64,000 bases of DNA from the NCBI RefSeq assembly GCF_009914755.1, contig NC_060940.1, one strand, 5' to 3'. The DNA comes from the human T2T-CHM13v2.0 reference genome, Homo sapiens. Under the pieces are notes generated by a model, which did not search any database, was not told the DNA's origin, and worked only from the letters and a program-made list of their open reading frames with translations. This document shows positions 15,486-27,680 of this stretch, one piece after another (the stretch's first letter is position 1; every line of letters begins with the position of its first letter). The position numbers and the translations under genes were made by a program.

Positions 15486-15729
15486 TCTACCCAGGGTCAT
15501 CTGTGCCCCTGTCACTACCAGGCCCCACTGGTTGTTGGAAGAGGGAGCACAGGCCTTTTCATCTTGTCCATCCAAGGACTCCATGAGCCTTCCCCTCAAG
15601 CCTGTGGGGTCTACCCCAGGTCATCTGCACCCCAATCACTACCAGGCCCCACTGTTCGAACGGGGAGCACAGGCCTTTTCATCTTGTCCATCAAAGGTCT
15701 CCATGAGCCTTCACCTCAAGCCTGTGGGG
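15486..15729. repeat. Two-copy tandem duplication (124 + 120 bp)
   Basis: Units 15486-15609 and 15610-15729 both run tctac...cactaccaggccccactg...gggagcacaggccttttcatcttgtccatc...cctcaagcctgtgggg. Confidence 0.95.
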
Positions 15730-15734
15730 CAGGG

Positions 15735-15945
15735 GGCATAGCACTCAGTGAGAAGGGTAGAAGCCTGGGTTCAACCACAGCCTCCCTGTCTTAGACAAGC
15801 CACTTAAACTGCCTGAGCCTCAGTTGCTTCGTCTGCAGAGTCAAGCTAATATAGCTGTACCCACCTGAAAGGGTTGTGAGGTCAGCTGGGATGAAATGGG
15901 AGAAGTGCACATAGTAAGTGCTCATTCAATGACAAATGTTAATAT
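15735..15945 (+). mobile_element. MIR
   Basis: gcctgggttcaa...caagccacttaaactgcctgagcctcagtt...atagtaagtgctcattcaat. Confidence 0.7.
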
Positions 15946-16300
15946 CATTACTACTATTATTACTTCCAAATGGGGAGCTGAGGGGCCAGGTGAGTTATCC
16001 CCAACAACACATAGCAGGAAAGAAAGTTGCGAGGCCCTGTCCTGGAGTGCTGAGCCAGGCCTGCTCTCTGCCAGCCGCACAGGGTACGTCCCACTGTAAT
16101 GCCTCCGAGTTCCTCCATCACAAATCAGACATGTTTCTGATGTGGAAGTAAGTTGTAGAGGTTGTAACACAAACTACTGGACACAGCTGAGCCCAGAGCC
16201 CACTGCACTGGGTCACTTCGAGGTGAATCTTGGCTGAGTATCTTGAGGCAGGTCACCAGTCCTATCTGGGCTAATTTTCTCCAGCTATAAGATGAGGTGG

Positions 16301-16602
16301 GGCCGGGTGCAGTGTCTCACACCTATAATCCCAGCACTTAGGGCGGCCGAGGCCGGTGGATCACTTGAGGTCACAATTTGAGACTAGCCTGGACAACATG
16401 GTCAAACCCCGTCTCTACTAAAAATACAAAAAATAGCCGGGTGTGGTTGCAGGTGTCTGTAATCCCAGCTACTCGGGAGGCTAGGCAGGAAAATCACTTG
16501 AACCCAGGAGGCGGAGGTTGCAGTGAGCCAAGATCCCACCACTGCACGCCAGCCTGAATGACAGAGGGAGACACCATCTCAAAAAAAAAAAAAAAAAAAA
16601 AA
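16301..16602 (+). mobile_element. Alu (AluS-type)
   Basis: Full dimer with a long A tail. Confidence 0.95.
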
Positions 16603-17994
16603 GAAGGGGTGGAATTGGATGGTTCTGCCATCCTCTGTGACCAGAGAACAATCCATTTCACCCCACAGACCCCCTGTCCTCTCCCCTGCTGGACGCCCCC
16701 CCAGCCTTCAATGAATTTGAACACTGACACTATCAGATAAAGCCTGTTGCTGCTTGAGGTCAGAGCAAGGGATGTCAAAAATTGCCGGAAATTTTTCAGT
16801 CGTGAAAAAAAAAAAAAGCACAGAAGAGGCTGGAATACGAGCAGTTTTCAGTATGTATTTTTAGGACCCTGTACAGGCCTGAAGTTCCTTTGATGAGTTT
16901 AGAAACAAAAACATGTGTGTGTGGTATGTTTGCTTGATTTAGACATGGGTGTGACTGGAGTTAAAACAGCTTCCCCGTTTGGATTTTGTGATTTGTTGGG
17001 AAAAGCCAGAATGTTCTTCAGAACAAAAAGACATTCCTGGCCCCCATCACCACCGCCCCATCCATCTTCCTTTCTTTTGTTTCTCCTTGGTCTTCCTTCC
17101 CTGTTCTGAGTAGGCGGCTCAGTCTCTGAGCAATCAGACCCCACCCCCACCCCGTGAGGTCCCTCCAAGTGTAGCATCCAGCCCCGACCGCAGCCTACGC
17201 CTCGCCCCAGCAGCTGCAGACAATTGCATCCAGATGTGCATGCAGTGGGCCGGCCAGGAACTGCCCTGGCGGCCACCACTGGAGAGCCCAGCAGTGACAG
17301 CTCAGCCTCGGGGCCAGCAGGCTCCCAGGACCCCCACTCACCTCCCAGCAGACGTTCCTCGCAAACCCCATCAGGAAACGCTCCAGAAAGATCGGGCTAT
17401 TCGTTCGGGGCTCTGCGGGGCTGACCCTGAGCACTCACACCCCATCCCACATGCTGTCCAGGCATGCTCACTGGCTCTGATCCCCACAGGAAGAACTCGC
17501 CCAGCTTAGGGACCGGGTTTTCCTGGACTGTGGGGGAGCGTATGTGTCCACGTTGCAGCCAGGCATGGACCGTGGGTCTGAACAGGCAGAGACCTCTGAG
17601 ACCACAGGGCTGTGGTTTCTTCCCTGCATCTGGATCCTCGTAAGGTGGCCAGGCAGAAACCACAAGCCACATACCTTCCTACACACCTTCTCTCCTAGGA
17701 CCCCTGCAAGGGTCCTGTTGAGCAGATGTTACCAGCCCACTTCTGGATAAGCCCAACGAGCTCAGAAATCTTCAAGAAGCAACTGGACCAGTGGGAAATG
17801 CAGGTCTGGGTGATTCCAGCCTGAGGCCTGAGACTGAGCCCAGTTTCCTCAGGCTCCAGACAACTGGGTGGCCAGGACCCGGCCGGTCAGCCCCATCTGG
17901 GGTGGTCAGGGTGGGGCACAGATGCTGAAAGTCGCTCCCACTGTGCACAGGTGGGGCCCTGGCTGAGGCAGGTCAGGACCTCGTGACCTGTTAC

Positions 17995-18141
17995 CCCCCC
18001 CACACACACACACACACACAACCACACACACAACCATTCATACCCATGGAGAAACTGGGCACAATCGTAGACACACAAGTCTCACACAAGCTGACATATA
18101 TGCGGGTTGACCCACAAACACACACACACACACACACACAC
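17995..18141. repeat. (CA)n microsatellites
   Basis: CA runs at about 18001-18020 and 18119-18141. Confidence 0.9.
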
Positions 18142-18519
18142 TGCCTGCTGGGCTGGTCTGGCAGGGCCTGGGGTAGGTCAGTCCTTTGAGGGGAAGGGCA
18201 GCTGCTCTTGTATTTCTGCCTGGGTCCCCCCGAAGGCAACAAGATATCAGCCCTTGAGTCTGGACTCTGGCCAAGGGGAGAGGGGACAGAAGGAATGAGA
18301 GTTAGAAGAGAGCAACGCAGCAGAAGAGGAGAGGGAGAAGAGAACAAAAGGAAAAGGAGGGAAGGAGGAGGGGGAAGAGATGAGGAAGAGCAGAGAAGGA
18401 AGGGTGCATGAGGAAGAGGGAAGCGGGGAAAGGAGGACAGGGAATGGGACAGGGGAAGGAGAGAGTGCAGGAGTAGGCCCTCTCGTAAGCCCCAGCGAGG
18501 GCAAAAAACATAATCTCCA

Positions 18520-19040
18520 GGTCTGGAATCAGACACATAATACATTGGACTTCTATGAGCACGTGTGACCTTATGCAAGTTACTCAACATCTCTCAGCCT
18601 CAGTTTCTTTTTCTCTAAAATGGAGATAATACAGTAGCCCCTTTCATAGAGAGGCATAGAACATATTGAACAGTCCCAGGTACATGGGAGAGCTTGATAA
18701 GGTTGCAAGAAAGATGGAACAGGTACTGGAGGCCCGAGCAAAGTCATATGCTTCCCGTATCCGGCCCGTGGTGAGTGCTTGGAGGATTTAACTGCTGTTA
18801 TTTCTAATACTGCCGTCATCTTCCTCACATGCCAGGCACTGCTCCAAGTGTCTTTGTATCTATTACCTCATCTGACCTGCCAACAACCTTACAAGTGATT
18901 AGACTCATGATCCCTATTTTATAGATGGGTTAGGCAGAGGCCCAGAGAGGTTGAAAAACGACTTGTTCAAAGACACACAGCTGGCAAGTGGTGAAGCCAG
19001 CATACAGGATGGTCTCCAAAGCTTACATTTGCAACTGTCA
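18520..19040. mobile_element. MIR copies (+ at about 18520-18700; - at about 18825-19040)
   Basis: gtgaccttatgcaagttactcaacatctctcagcctcagtttc; ccctattttatagatg...gaggcccagagaggttg. Confidence 0.7.
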
Positions 19041-19095
19041 CTACAGGGCACAGTATTTCCTGTTTAAATCATGATTTTTAAAAATTAAAGTAAAT

Positions 19096-19396
19096 GGCAG
19101 AGCATGGTGGCTCATGCCTGTAATCCCAGCACCTTGGGAGGCTGAGGCAGGCAGATCACCTAAGGTGAGGAGTTCGAGGCCAACCTGACCAATATGGTGA
19201 AACCCCGTCTCTACTAAAAATACAAAAATTAGCCGGGCATGGTGGTGGGTGTCTGTAATCCCAGCTACTTGGGAGGCTGAGGCAGGAGAATCACTTCAGC
19301 TGGGGAGGCGGAGGTTGCAGTGAGCCGAGATCACACCACTGCACTCCAGCCTGGGCAACAAGAGCAAGACTCCGTCTCAAAACAAAAAGAAAAAAT
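19096..19396 (+). mobile_element. Alu (AluS-type)
   Basis: Full dimer flanked by taaagtaaa on both sides. Confidence 0.95.
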
Positions 19397-20131
19397 AAAG
19401 TAAACAAGGTGGGATCCTAATAACCAACATTTATTGAGCATGTGCCATGTGCCAGGCCCTGTGCAGAATGTTTATGTCCTTGAATGCTCACAATGACCTC
19501 AAGAAATACATAGTATTAATATTTTTAATGAGGAAACAGAAGCACAGAAGGGTTAGGTAATTTGCTCAGGGTCACCAGCCAGGAAGAGAAGGACCCAAGT
19601 TCAAGCTCAGGTAGTGCTCCCAGAGACATCCTCTTCACCACTCAGCTAGAGATAGATCAACCTCATATTGTGATATTGAACAGTCTCTAAGATACATTTT
19701 TAAAATATATTTTAAGTCAAAAGCAAGGTATAGAGCAGCCTGTCTACGGTGCTATATTTTCTAAAGGAGACATATGGCCTGACACGTTTTTCTCTGCACA
19801 GAGTATCTGGAAAGCTATGTAGGAAGCTTGTACCAATTGCTGCCTGCAGGAAGAGGAACTGGGAGGCTGGGGTCAAGGAGGCAGAGAGATGCAGCACTTT
19901 TAGACCCTTTCCATATTTTATCCCTGCCTTTAAAAGGATGAATGTGTAGCGTCCCTTTCAGAAAGAAATGATTTTCACTCCTTGGTCAGTTTCATGGAGA
20001 CATGGTGTTAGCTGGTATTTCCAGAGGGTACTCCCTGCTCAGGACTCGGGTTACGGGGAGGCCCGAATTTCTGTGTGATCTGTCACCCTCCAGTTGGAAA
20101 TGACCCTCTCATTGTTGACAGCACACTAGAA

Positions 20132-20163
20132 CAAGTTTGTCCAACTTGCGGCCTGCGGCCCAA
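20132..20163 (-). mobile_element. MER30 terminal stub
   Basis: caagtttgtccaacttgcggcc...tgcggccca resembles the reverse complement of the MER30 end (caagcttgtccaacccgcggccc...). Confidence 0.5.
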
Positions 20164-20202
20164 GGTGAGTTCAGGGTTCCAACAATCAAGTCAAAGATGC
20201 CT

Positions 20203-20676
20203 GGAGGGAGGGAGGGAGGGAGGGAGGGGGCTGGGGGCAGCAGGATAGACCCTGCACTGCACAGGAAAGCAGGTCCCCTCTGCGGAGGGGAGACCCGGAA
20301 TCAAACCAAGAGTCCTCTGCTGAACCAGCAGTTAGAGAGAGGGAGGGAGGGGAGACAGGGAGGGAGGGAGAGAAGAGGAAGGGAGGGAGACAGGGAAGCA
20401 GGGGGAGGGAGAGCCCCAGGAAGAACGGAAAGCAGGAAGGAGGGAGGGAGGGAAGAAGAGAGACGAGGAGGGAGGGGAGGGAGAGAGAGAGGGAGGGGGG
20501 AGGTAAGGCCCCAGGAAGGAGGGAGGGAGGGAGAAAGGAAGAAAAGAAGGAAGGGAGGACGGGAGGGAGGGAGGGAGAAGCAGAGGAGAGGGAAACGAAG
20601 AGAGAAAGGAGAGGGTGGAAGAAAGGAAAAATGGAGGGAGAGGAAGGGGAGAAAATGAAGGAGGGAGGGAGGAAAG
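20203..20676. repeat. Polypurine (GGGA/GGAA/GA) low-complexity tract
   Basis: (GGGA)n at 20206-20230; almost pure A/G from about 20334 to 20676. Confidence 0.95.
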
Positions 20677-20709
20677 CAGCCTTCTCTGGTGCTGAGATCA
20701 GAGGGATCT

Positions 20710-21250
20710 CAGCCGGGATCTGGCTGAGTGCGGCACCGAGTTCAGGGCCCAGTGACTGAGAAGAGAAACCTGAAGGCCTCGAGCTGAGGAGCTGCCACGC
20801 GGGCGGCAGGCGGTGCCACTTTGCAGAAGCGCAAACTGAGGCCAGAGGGGCAGCGGATCTCAGCTGGGTCCCCACGCTCGGCAGGAGACCGGGTGCTCCC
20901 CGCGGGGCCTGTGAGCGGGCCGCCAGGGCTGGGCTGGGGGTGGCAGCGCCGAACCGGGAGCGCAGCGCAGGGTCCGGGTTCGCTGGGAGGCCGGCGGCGG
21001 CCGCGTGGCCACAGCGCCCCCTGGCGGCTACGGGAGTCCTGCACGCAGCGGCCGCGTCTCCACGCCTTCCTGGAGCAGAAGGTTGCCTGCCCGCTGCGTG
21101 GCCCCCGGGTTCCCAGACAGCCCGCCCCGTCCCTAGCGCTCCGAAATGGCTGCCACCTGGCGTCTGGCCTGGGCAAACGAGGTATCCCATCTGTATGTAT
21201 TTAAAAGCGGACAGCAGGGTGCCCGCTGCTGTCACCCCACCGCCTAAAGA
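20710..21250. promoter_or_regulatory. CpG island
   Basis: Dense CpG and high GC over ~540 bp, against a CpG-depleted background. Confidence 0.85.
21011..21030 (-). promoter_or_regulatory. CTCF binding motif
   Basis: Reverse strand reads tagccgccagggggcgctgt, essentially the CTCF core consensus (CCRSYAGRKGGCGC). Confidence 0.8.
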
Positions 21251-22650
21251 GGATAGACACTTATCTTCCCCTAAATGTGTAATTAGCAATTCCAGTGTGA
21301 CCCCTCTCCTCATCGGACTTTAGTTCAAACTCAGGCAGCGGAAGCCATGTCCTTTTTCTGTGTGAAATTTAGGATTCCAAAAGGACAGCCCCTGCCGTCT
21401 GCACTGCCCACCCTAGTAACAGCTCACACCTTCCCATCCTGGCTTCCCTGGATCTAAGCACTTCTCAGGCGTTAGTCCTCACCTCAGACCGATTATTATC
21501 CCCTCCTGGGCGAGGTAACTGAGACACAGAGAGAGATTAAGGAACTCACCCAAAACCACACAGGTAGAGGGGAAGCTAGGATTTTAACCCAGGCAGCCTT
21601 GATTGCAAAAGAGAAAAGGGGAGAAAAGGAATGAGAGGGGGCAGAAAGAGAAAATTTACTTCTAAGACAAGGCAGTGCTGGAGCGCGTCTGCCTCCATTT
21701 TGTGTGAGGGGTCTAGGAAGCCTTATTAGAAGTCTCCCAGCTCCTTTCCAGAGCCTGGCATCAGGATGAGGCAGTGAGGCGGGGAGCCCCAGACTGGGCT
21801 CACACACAGGGAGCTGCCCAGGCCAAGGTTTGGGCAGCTGAATGGAGGGAGAGGAGTTCTGCCCGCCCCACCCCATCCCATGCACCCAGGCCTCTCTATC
21901 TCTGCTGGCCTGGGGATGGGTCCACCAGGGTAGAGGTAAGCAGGTTTTGGAGAAGAATGCATCATGGAGCTTATGCCTGTCTAGGTGACTTCTCCAAGCC
22001 TCAGAAGATGCCCGTGGCACAGTGACTCACTGTGGCTTCAGATTCAGCTCTGGCCCTCCCTTCTCTCGAGCCCCACCCTTGGAAGAAATGCAAGGACAGA
22101 AACTTCACTGAACTCCTGATTTTTGTGCCTGGCCCCAAAGACAAGGGGGCTAGGGTCTGTGCATTCCAGAGACTTCCTCTTAGCTGAGATCTGAAATCCC
22201 CAAGTTTTCCAGTCAAGCTGTTGTAAACCCGTCCAGATCTCTGCGCACCTCCTCCCGGTGGCCTGCAGACTGCAGAGCTGAGCCCAGAGGCCCAGTTCAG
22301 TGGGCAGGCTACAGGGGAGGGAGGGGAACCAGAGCCAGAAGGAGAGGGGCGTCTCTGAGACTGGGCTCCCACATTCACCTGGAATCATCTTTGAAGTGGA
22401 AAGATTAACACGGGATTCAGTTTCCCCTTTGTGAATGAGTGGTGTTGGAAACTACACAGAGATTCCTCTGTGCCGGTCAGGCCCTGCAACCCCAGGACCA
22501 AGAGAGGGATGAATCTTGATAAAACCTTGGGATGGAGAAAGGCAAGAAGGGTGCCATTCACACACACCCCATCAGTCTCATTGTTCCCTGCCATTACCAC
22601 TACCCTGGAGAAGGACACCAAACAGCTGCTTATTAAAACACATTACCTGA

Positions 22651-22933
22651 GGCCAGGCTTGGTGACTCACATGTCCAATCCATGACAGGCAGGTTGCTTG
22701 AGGCCAGGAGTTCGAGACCAGCCTGGCCAACACGGCAAAACCTCATCTCTACTAAAAATACAAAAATTAGCCGGACGTGGTGGTGCATGCCTGTAGTCCC
22801 AGCTTTCTGGGAGGCTTAGGCATGAGAATTGCTTCAACCCGGGAGGCGGAGGTTGCAGTGAGCCAACATGGTGCTACTGCATTCCAGCCTGGGTGATAAA
22901 GCAAGACTCTGTCTCAAAAATAAAAATAAAAAT
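22651..22933 (+). mobile_element. Alu (AluS-type) with a ~20-bp deletion in the left arm
   Basis: TSD aaacacattacctga at 22636-22650 and 22934-22948. Confidence 0.95.
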
Positions 22934-23255
22934 AAACACATTACCTGAGCCGCTGAATGTGTCAACACTCAGATGGACTCGCTCTTTCTTTGTAAATGGC
23001 TGGACCTTGGTGCAAGGCATGCTGGGAACTTGGATCTGTGGGGACGGGGGTCTGGGGAGCCCCTGACACCTTCCTGGAACAGGCCATGCTCCTCCCACCA
23101 GCCTCAGGCCCTTTGCATGTGTGGCTCGCTCTGCCTCGACTGCTCTCCCCCTACCCCTTTCACCCATGACACAATGAGTCTTTCTTCAGCAGCAAGAAAA
23201 ATGGTTTCTTCTCCAGGAAGCTTTTCCCGAGCCTAGTGTAAAGCTCTAAGGCAGC

Positions 23256-24352
23256 AGGGGTCAGGTGGCTTATGTGGGGTTCCCAGAAGGCACAGCCTGA
23301 GATAAGACTGGAGTGCAGGTTGTTTATTTGGGAGAGGTTCCCAGACAGCAAGAGTGAAGGATTGAGGGAAAATGGCATAGGGAGGAGTAAGATCATTAAA
23401 AGTTGTGTTGCGGTCATCAATGCTTTGGGCAACAGAGGCTCAGTGCAGCTGGGACCTCCTGACAAGCAGCATGAAGTCCCCAGAATCAGTCCCCTAAAGG
23501 CCAAGAGCCTGGAGCATTCATCCACCAGCTCCCAGCCCTCATTGGCTGAGAGCTTCCCCGGACAAGATTCATGCCCTGTATTGACTGCATTTTCTTATTT
23601 TCTGTATTCCTGATGCTCCGGCATTTGGGGCCTTGATCCTGGAGAGACTGCCCCTCCCAGAGCTAGCTAATTCCTAGAGACAGCAAAGGACTCCCCTGTG
23701 ACTGCACCTTTGATGTACAAAGCAATCGTTCCAGAGCCCACACCCCCAACCGTCCAACTGCCAAGTCAATATTCTCTCTGCCCTAAATCACTACAGGGCC
23801 AAGAACCAGACAACTAGGAATGACCTTGAAAGCCCAGAGCCCTCCACAGTGATTCACACTATCCATCCTAAGCTAACTCAGTCTACCTACCCTGCCTTGC
23901 CCACACCTTCCCAAGAAATCCTCAACAAAGGCTCTGAGCCTTGCTCTCCCCTCTCCCTCTTCTGCCTTCTGACCCTGGCGCTTCCCATGTGTTCCAGGTA
24001 GCAGTGTGCAGTGCCTCCCATTTCTAGAGTACTTAGTATAAACTTCTTCCTTTATGACAATCATCTCCCTGCCTGCGTGTCTGACCATACTGATTAAAAC
24101 AAATCCTGGGTACATTTTAACTCGTGCCTTCACACCGCCAGGCTTGCATGGGCTAAGAGTGTTCCCACAACGCTGGAGAAGACCCTGAGGCAGAAAACCA
24201 ACAGGCATCTGTCCCATACATGAAGTGGATGCTGTAAGAGCAAGGCAAGCTTTCTGAGCTGTCAGGGAAACGGCCACCGGCCACTGTCGCTGGCACTGAA
24301 ATCACAGCTGGCCAAGGAATGTGATGAGCAGGGTGCCAGAGGTGTCTGCTGC
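23256..24352 (-). mobile_element. LTR16-family LTR, inserted in L2 and split by an ERV1 LTR
   Basis: ttcccagaaggcacagcctgagataagactggagtgcaggttgtttatttgggag ... gggtgccagaggtgtctgctgca; L2 3' end follows at 24360-24485. Confidence 0.65.
23577..24122 (+). mobile_element. ERV1 (MER4-group) solo LTR
   Basis: tgta start; gagactgcccctcccagagctagctaattcctagaga and ccagagcccacacccccaacc blocks; attaaa poly(A)-like signal near the end. Confidence 0.6.
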
Positions 24353-25423
24353 ATCCCATGTGCTTGTTTGCTTGTTTTTCTCACCATTGATCCCCCAGTG
24401 CCTAGCACAGTACTGGCATGGTGTGGGGACTTAGTCATTACCTGCTGAACTCATGAATTGAATTAGTGAGTGACTGAGTGAGTGAACCTTGTAAGCCCCA
24501 AAGGAGAATGACTAACAGTCCAATAGAAGACATTCAAAGGTTCCCAGCCAGTGAGGTCCAGTGGTCAAGTTTATCCCAGCAATAACCCAGCTAATAGCAC
24601 CCTCCAGTGGCCAAGGTCCCAGGGCTGGTCAAAGCTAGGTCAGGTGGCGGAGCTGTCAGCCCAGCAAGGAAACTGAGGCAGAAAACTAAAGGAGTTCATG
24701 GGATGTTAAGCCTTCACTCCTGCAATGGCTTGCATTTAAACAAGACTCCTTACAGGCCCCAGGGCAAGATCAGGTATGGGCGGGCGTAGTGAACACGAAG
24801 AAGCCCAGAGATTTACAATGGGCAGGACCAGGGTAACAAATCCAAACAGAAAAATAGAATCCATAAACCTCTTCTCCTAGGCTTCAGAAGGTTCCAGATT
24901 CATCTCCCTGAATGGCCACCACAGAGAAGTGGCACAAGAGTGTCACACCTAGGGTGCAAAGGACTGCCTGCTATCCATCATAATCATAAATGTGTATACT
25001 GTCATAAACTTCCAGAAGATGGCAGTAAAGAGACTCATGCTAAGAAAATCAGTACATTACAATAATTTTCCATATATGGAAGTGTCTTGAGAAAGGGAGA
25101 GGTTTTGCCTAATCTGTTTAAATGTGCTGTGTGACCTGGTGAGCAGATTTTTTTCCCTTCCTCAGTGAGTTTTGCCCAGGCTCAGAAACCCCGCAGGCCC
25201 CTAGAGCATAAACCAAGGGAAAGCAAAAGTCAACAGACATACAGGCAAGGAAGCGGGGGCAGGTGGCGGGGCAAGGCTGGTTTCCTCTGCGTCTCCTTGG
25301 TTGCATCTCTAGCCTCATTCGTGCAATAAACACTTGCTGAACTCTGTTGGGCACATTGGGGGTGGGTGAGGGACACATATGACCAAGATTGGGTCCTTTT
25401 GCTCAGTGTCATGGAAAAAAGAC

Positions 25424-25816
25424 TGATATGGTTTGGATCTGTGTCCCTGGCCAAAGTTCATGTCAAATTGTAATCCCCTGTGTTGGAGGCGGGGTCTGGT
25501 GGGAGGTGACTGCATCATGGTAGTGGGTTTCTCATGAATGGTGCAGCACCACCCTCTTGGTGCGGTTCTCATGATAGTAAGTGAGTTCTCATGAGATCTG
25601 GTTATTTAAGTGTGTGGCACCTCCCCTTTCACTGTCTCTCTCTCTTGCTCCTGCCCCTGCTATGTAGGACACCTGCTCCCCCTTTGCCTTCTGCCATGAT
25701 TGGAAGCTTCCTGAGGCCTCCTCAAAAGCAGAAGCCACTATGCTTCCTGTAGAGTCTGCAGAACCATAAGCCAATTAAAACTCTTTTCTTTATAAACTAC
25801 CCAGTCTCAGGTATTT
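25424..25816 (+). mobile_element. MST (MSTA/B) LTR
   Basis: tgatatggtttggatctgtgtccc ... ccaattaaaactcttttctttataaactacccagtctcaggta. Confidence 0.9.
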
Positions 25817-26129
25817 TACCAACTTTGCTGTTAGGCAGACCTGGGTTCAAATCCAGCTTCTACAGCTCAGAACATAGAAAGTCACATACCCTCCCCAGCC
25901 CTCAGGCTCCTCATCTGCATAATGGGGATAACACCACCTGCTTTACAAGATGTAAAAAAGACCACGTGAGTAAAGTGCCTGGTGCAGAGACTGAAACAGA
26001 CGGAGCTGGAGTTGGAAAAGAATTGCTATTTCCTTCTTCCTCCCTTGATATCATTGGAACCTCCTTCTTTAGAGGTTACAATCCAGCTGCTGAAGCAGCA
26101 TATATTTGGTTGACTTTTGACTAAAGAAA

Positions 26130-27470
26130 AATACTGCCACTATTTTATGATGTCACAAAGTGGTAAGGGATTTGATAAGAGATTCCTGGGCCCAGTATAA
26201 TGTGGCACAACCATGAGAAAACCTCCCATACCAGAACTACTCCCTCGGGTTGAAAACCAAACATTGACTTGTGCAGCCAATGTTCTGGCTTGTCTGGGGG
26301 CTGCCTGAGAGACTGACTTCTGTCTTGCCTGACTCAGAGCACAGACAGGAATGGCAGCACAGAAGCCACTGGAAACAGGCAAGCTCCAAGGAACGTTACA
26401 GCTGCAGAGATTATGCAGTTCCACAGGAAGACAGCAGGAGGAGCAAGAGATTATGTCTCTTGAGAAGAAATAGACTAGGGAATTCGAGACGGTTAAACAG
26501 GCATGCACAAGGCCAGAGAAGACACATCCCCAGAAAAGATTTGAGAGGTCCCAGAACCTTTTGCCAGGCTGATTGGTAAAAGTCTCCCCGTGCGTGAGGC
26601 CAATTCATAAAGACTGGGAGAGGTGGTTGTTTTTTCAAATGCCAAAATCTCAACAAAAGATCACAAGGCGTACAAATAAACAGGTAAACATGGCCCAATC
26701 AAATGAACAAAATAAAACTCCAGTAACCAAGCCTAAAGAAATGCAAATTGCTGAACTTTCTCACAAAGAATTCAAAACAACTGTGTTGAAGATGCTCAGT
26801 GAGCTAAAAGAGAACACAGATAGACAACTAAGTGAAATCAGGAAAATGCTGGATGAGTCCAGTGAGAATGTCAACAGAAATAAACTAAAGAAACAGAAAT
26901 TCTAGAGCTAAAAAATACAATAACTAAGTTGAAAAATTCACTACAGCTGTTCAAAGCAGACTTAGGCAGAAGAAAGAACTCGCAAATTTGCAGATCGTTC
27001 ATTTGAATCAAGTCAGAGGAGCACAAAGAAAAAATAATTAAGAAAACTGAAAAGGCCCTAAGGGACTTATGGGACGTCATCAAGCAGACCCTTTTATACA
27101 CTATGGAAATCCTAGAAGTAGGAGAGAAAGGGGCAGAGACCTTATTTGAGGAAATGGCCAAAAACTTCCCAAATCAGAGGAAACAAATGAAAATAGAAGT
27201 CCAAGTTCAATGAATTCCAACTGGTATAAAATCAAAGAGGCCCAAACTGTGACACATTATAATCAAACTGTCAAAAGACAAAGAGAAAGCCTTGAAAGTA
27301 GTAAAAGTGCTTCATCACAGACAAAGAGGCTTCTATAAGATTATCAGGAGGTTTCTCAGCAAAAACCTTTTAGCCATAAGGCAGTGGAATGATGTACTCA
27401 GAGTGCTGAAGGAAAAAAGCTATCAATCAAGAATACTAAAACTGGAAAAACTATCCTTTAAAAATGAGAC
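26130..27470 (+). mobile_element. Old L1M(B)-type element, 5' region and ORF1 remnant (left part)
   Basis: ORF 26573-26905 is L1 ORF1-like (ELSHKEFKTTVLKMLSELKENTDRQLSEIRK); the ORF1 C-terminal sequence breaks at ctatcctttaaaaatgaga and resumes at 34262. Confidence 0.8.
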
Positions 27471-27477
27471 AGTTTTG

Positions 27478-27680
27478 TTTTTTTTTTTTCTTGAATTAAT
27501 GCTCAGAGTTGGTCTTTATGTAGTATTTTGCTATTTCCAAGTTTTTGAAGCACACTGAAAGCCTCTAGTTTTGCCTTTTCAAGGTGATGAAGTAGAGGCT
27601 TTCAGTATGCTTCAAAAACTTGGAAATAGCAAAATACTACATAAAGATCAACTCTGAGCTTTAATTCAAGAAAAAAAAAA
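27478..27680. repeat. Long inverted repeat / hairpin
   Basis: 27490-27567 versus the reverse complement of 27593-27670: 75/78 identical, extended by T12/A10; 25-nt spacer. Confidence 0.97.

Noticed and set aside
20186-21313. 375-aa ORF on the minus strand (longest in the window) and overlapping + ORFs
   Set aside because: Explained by stop-codon scarcity in the CpG island and purine/pyrimidine tract; low-complexity S/P/L/F translation with no recognisable domain
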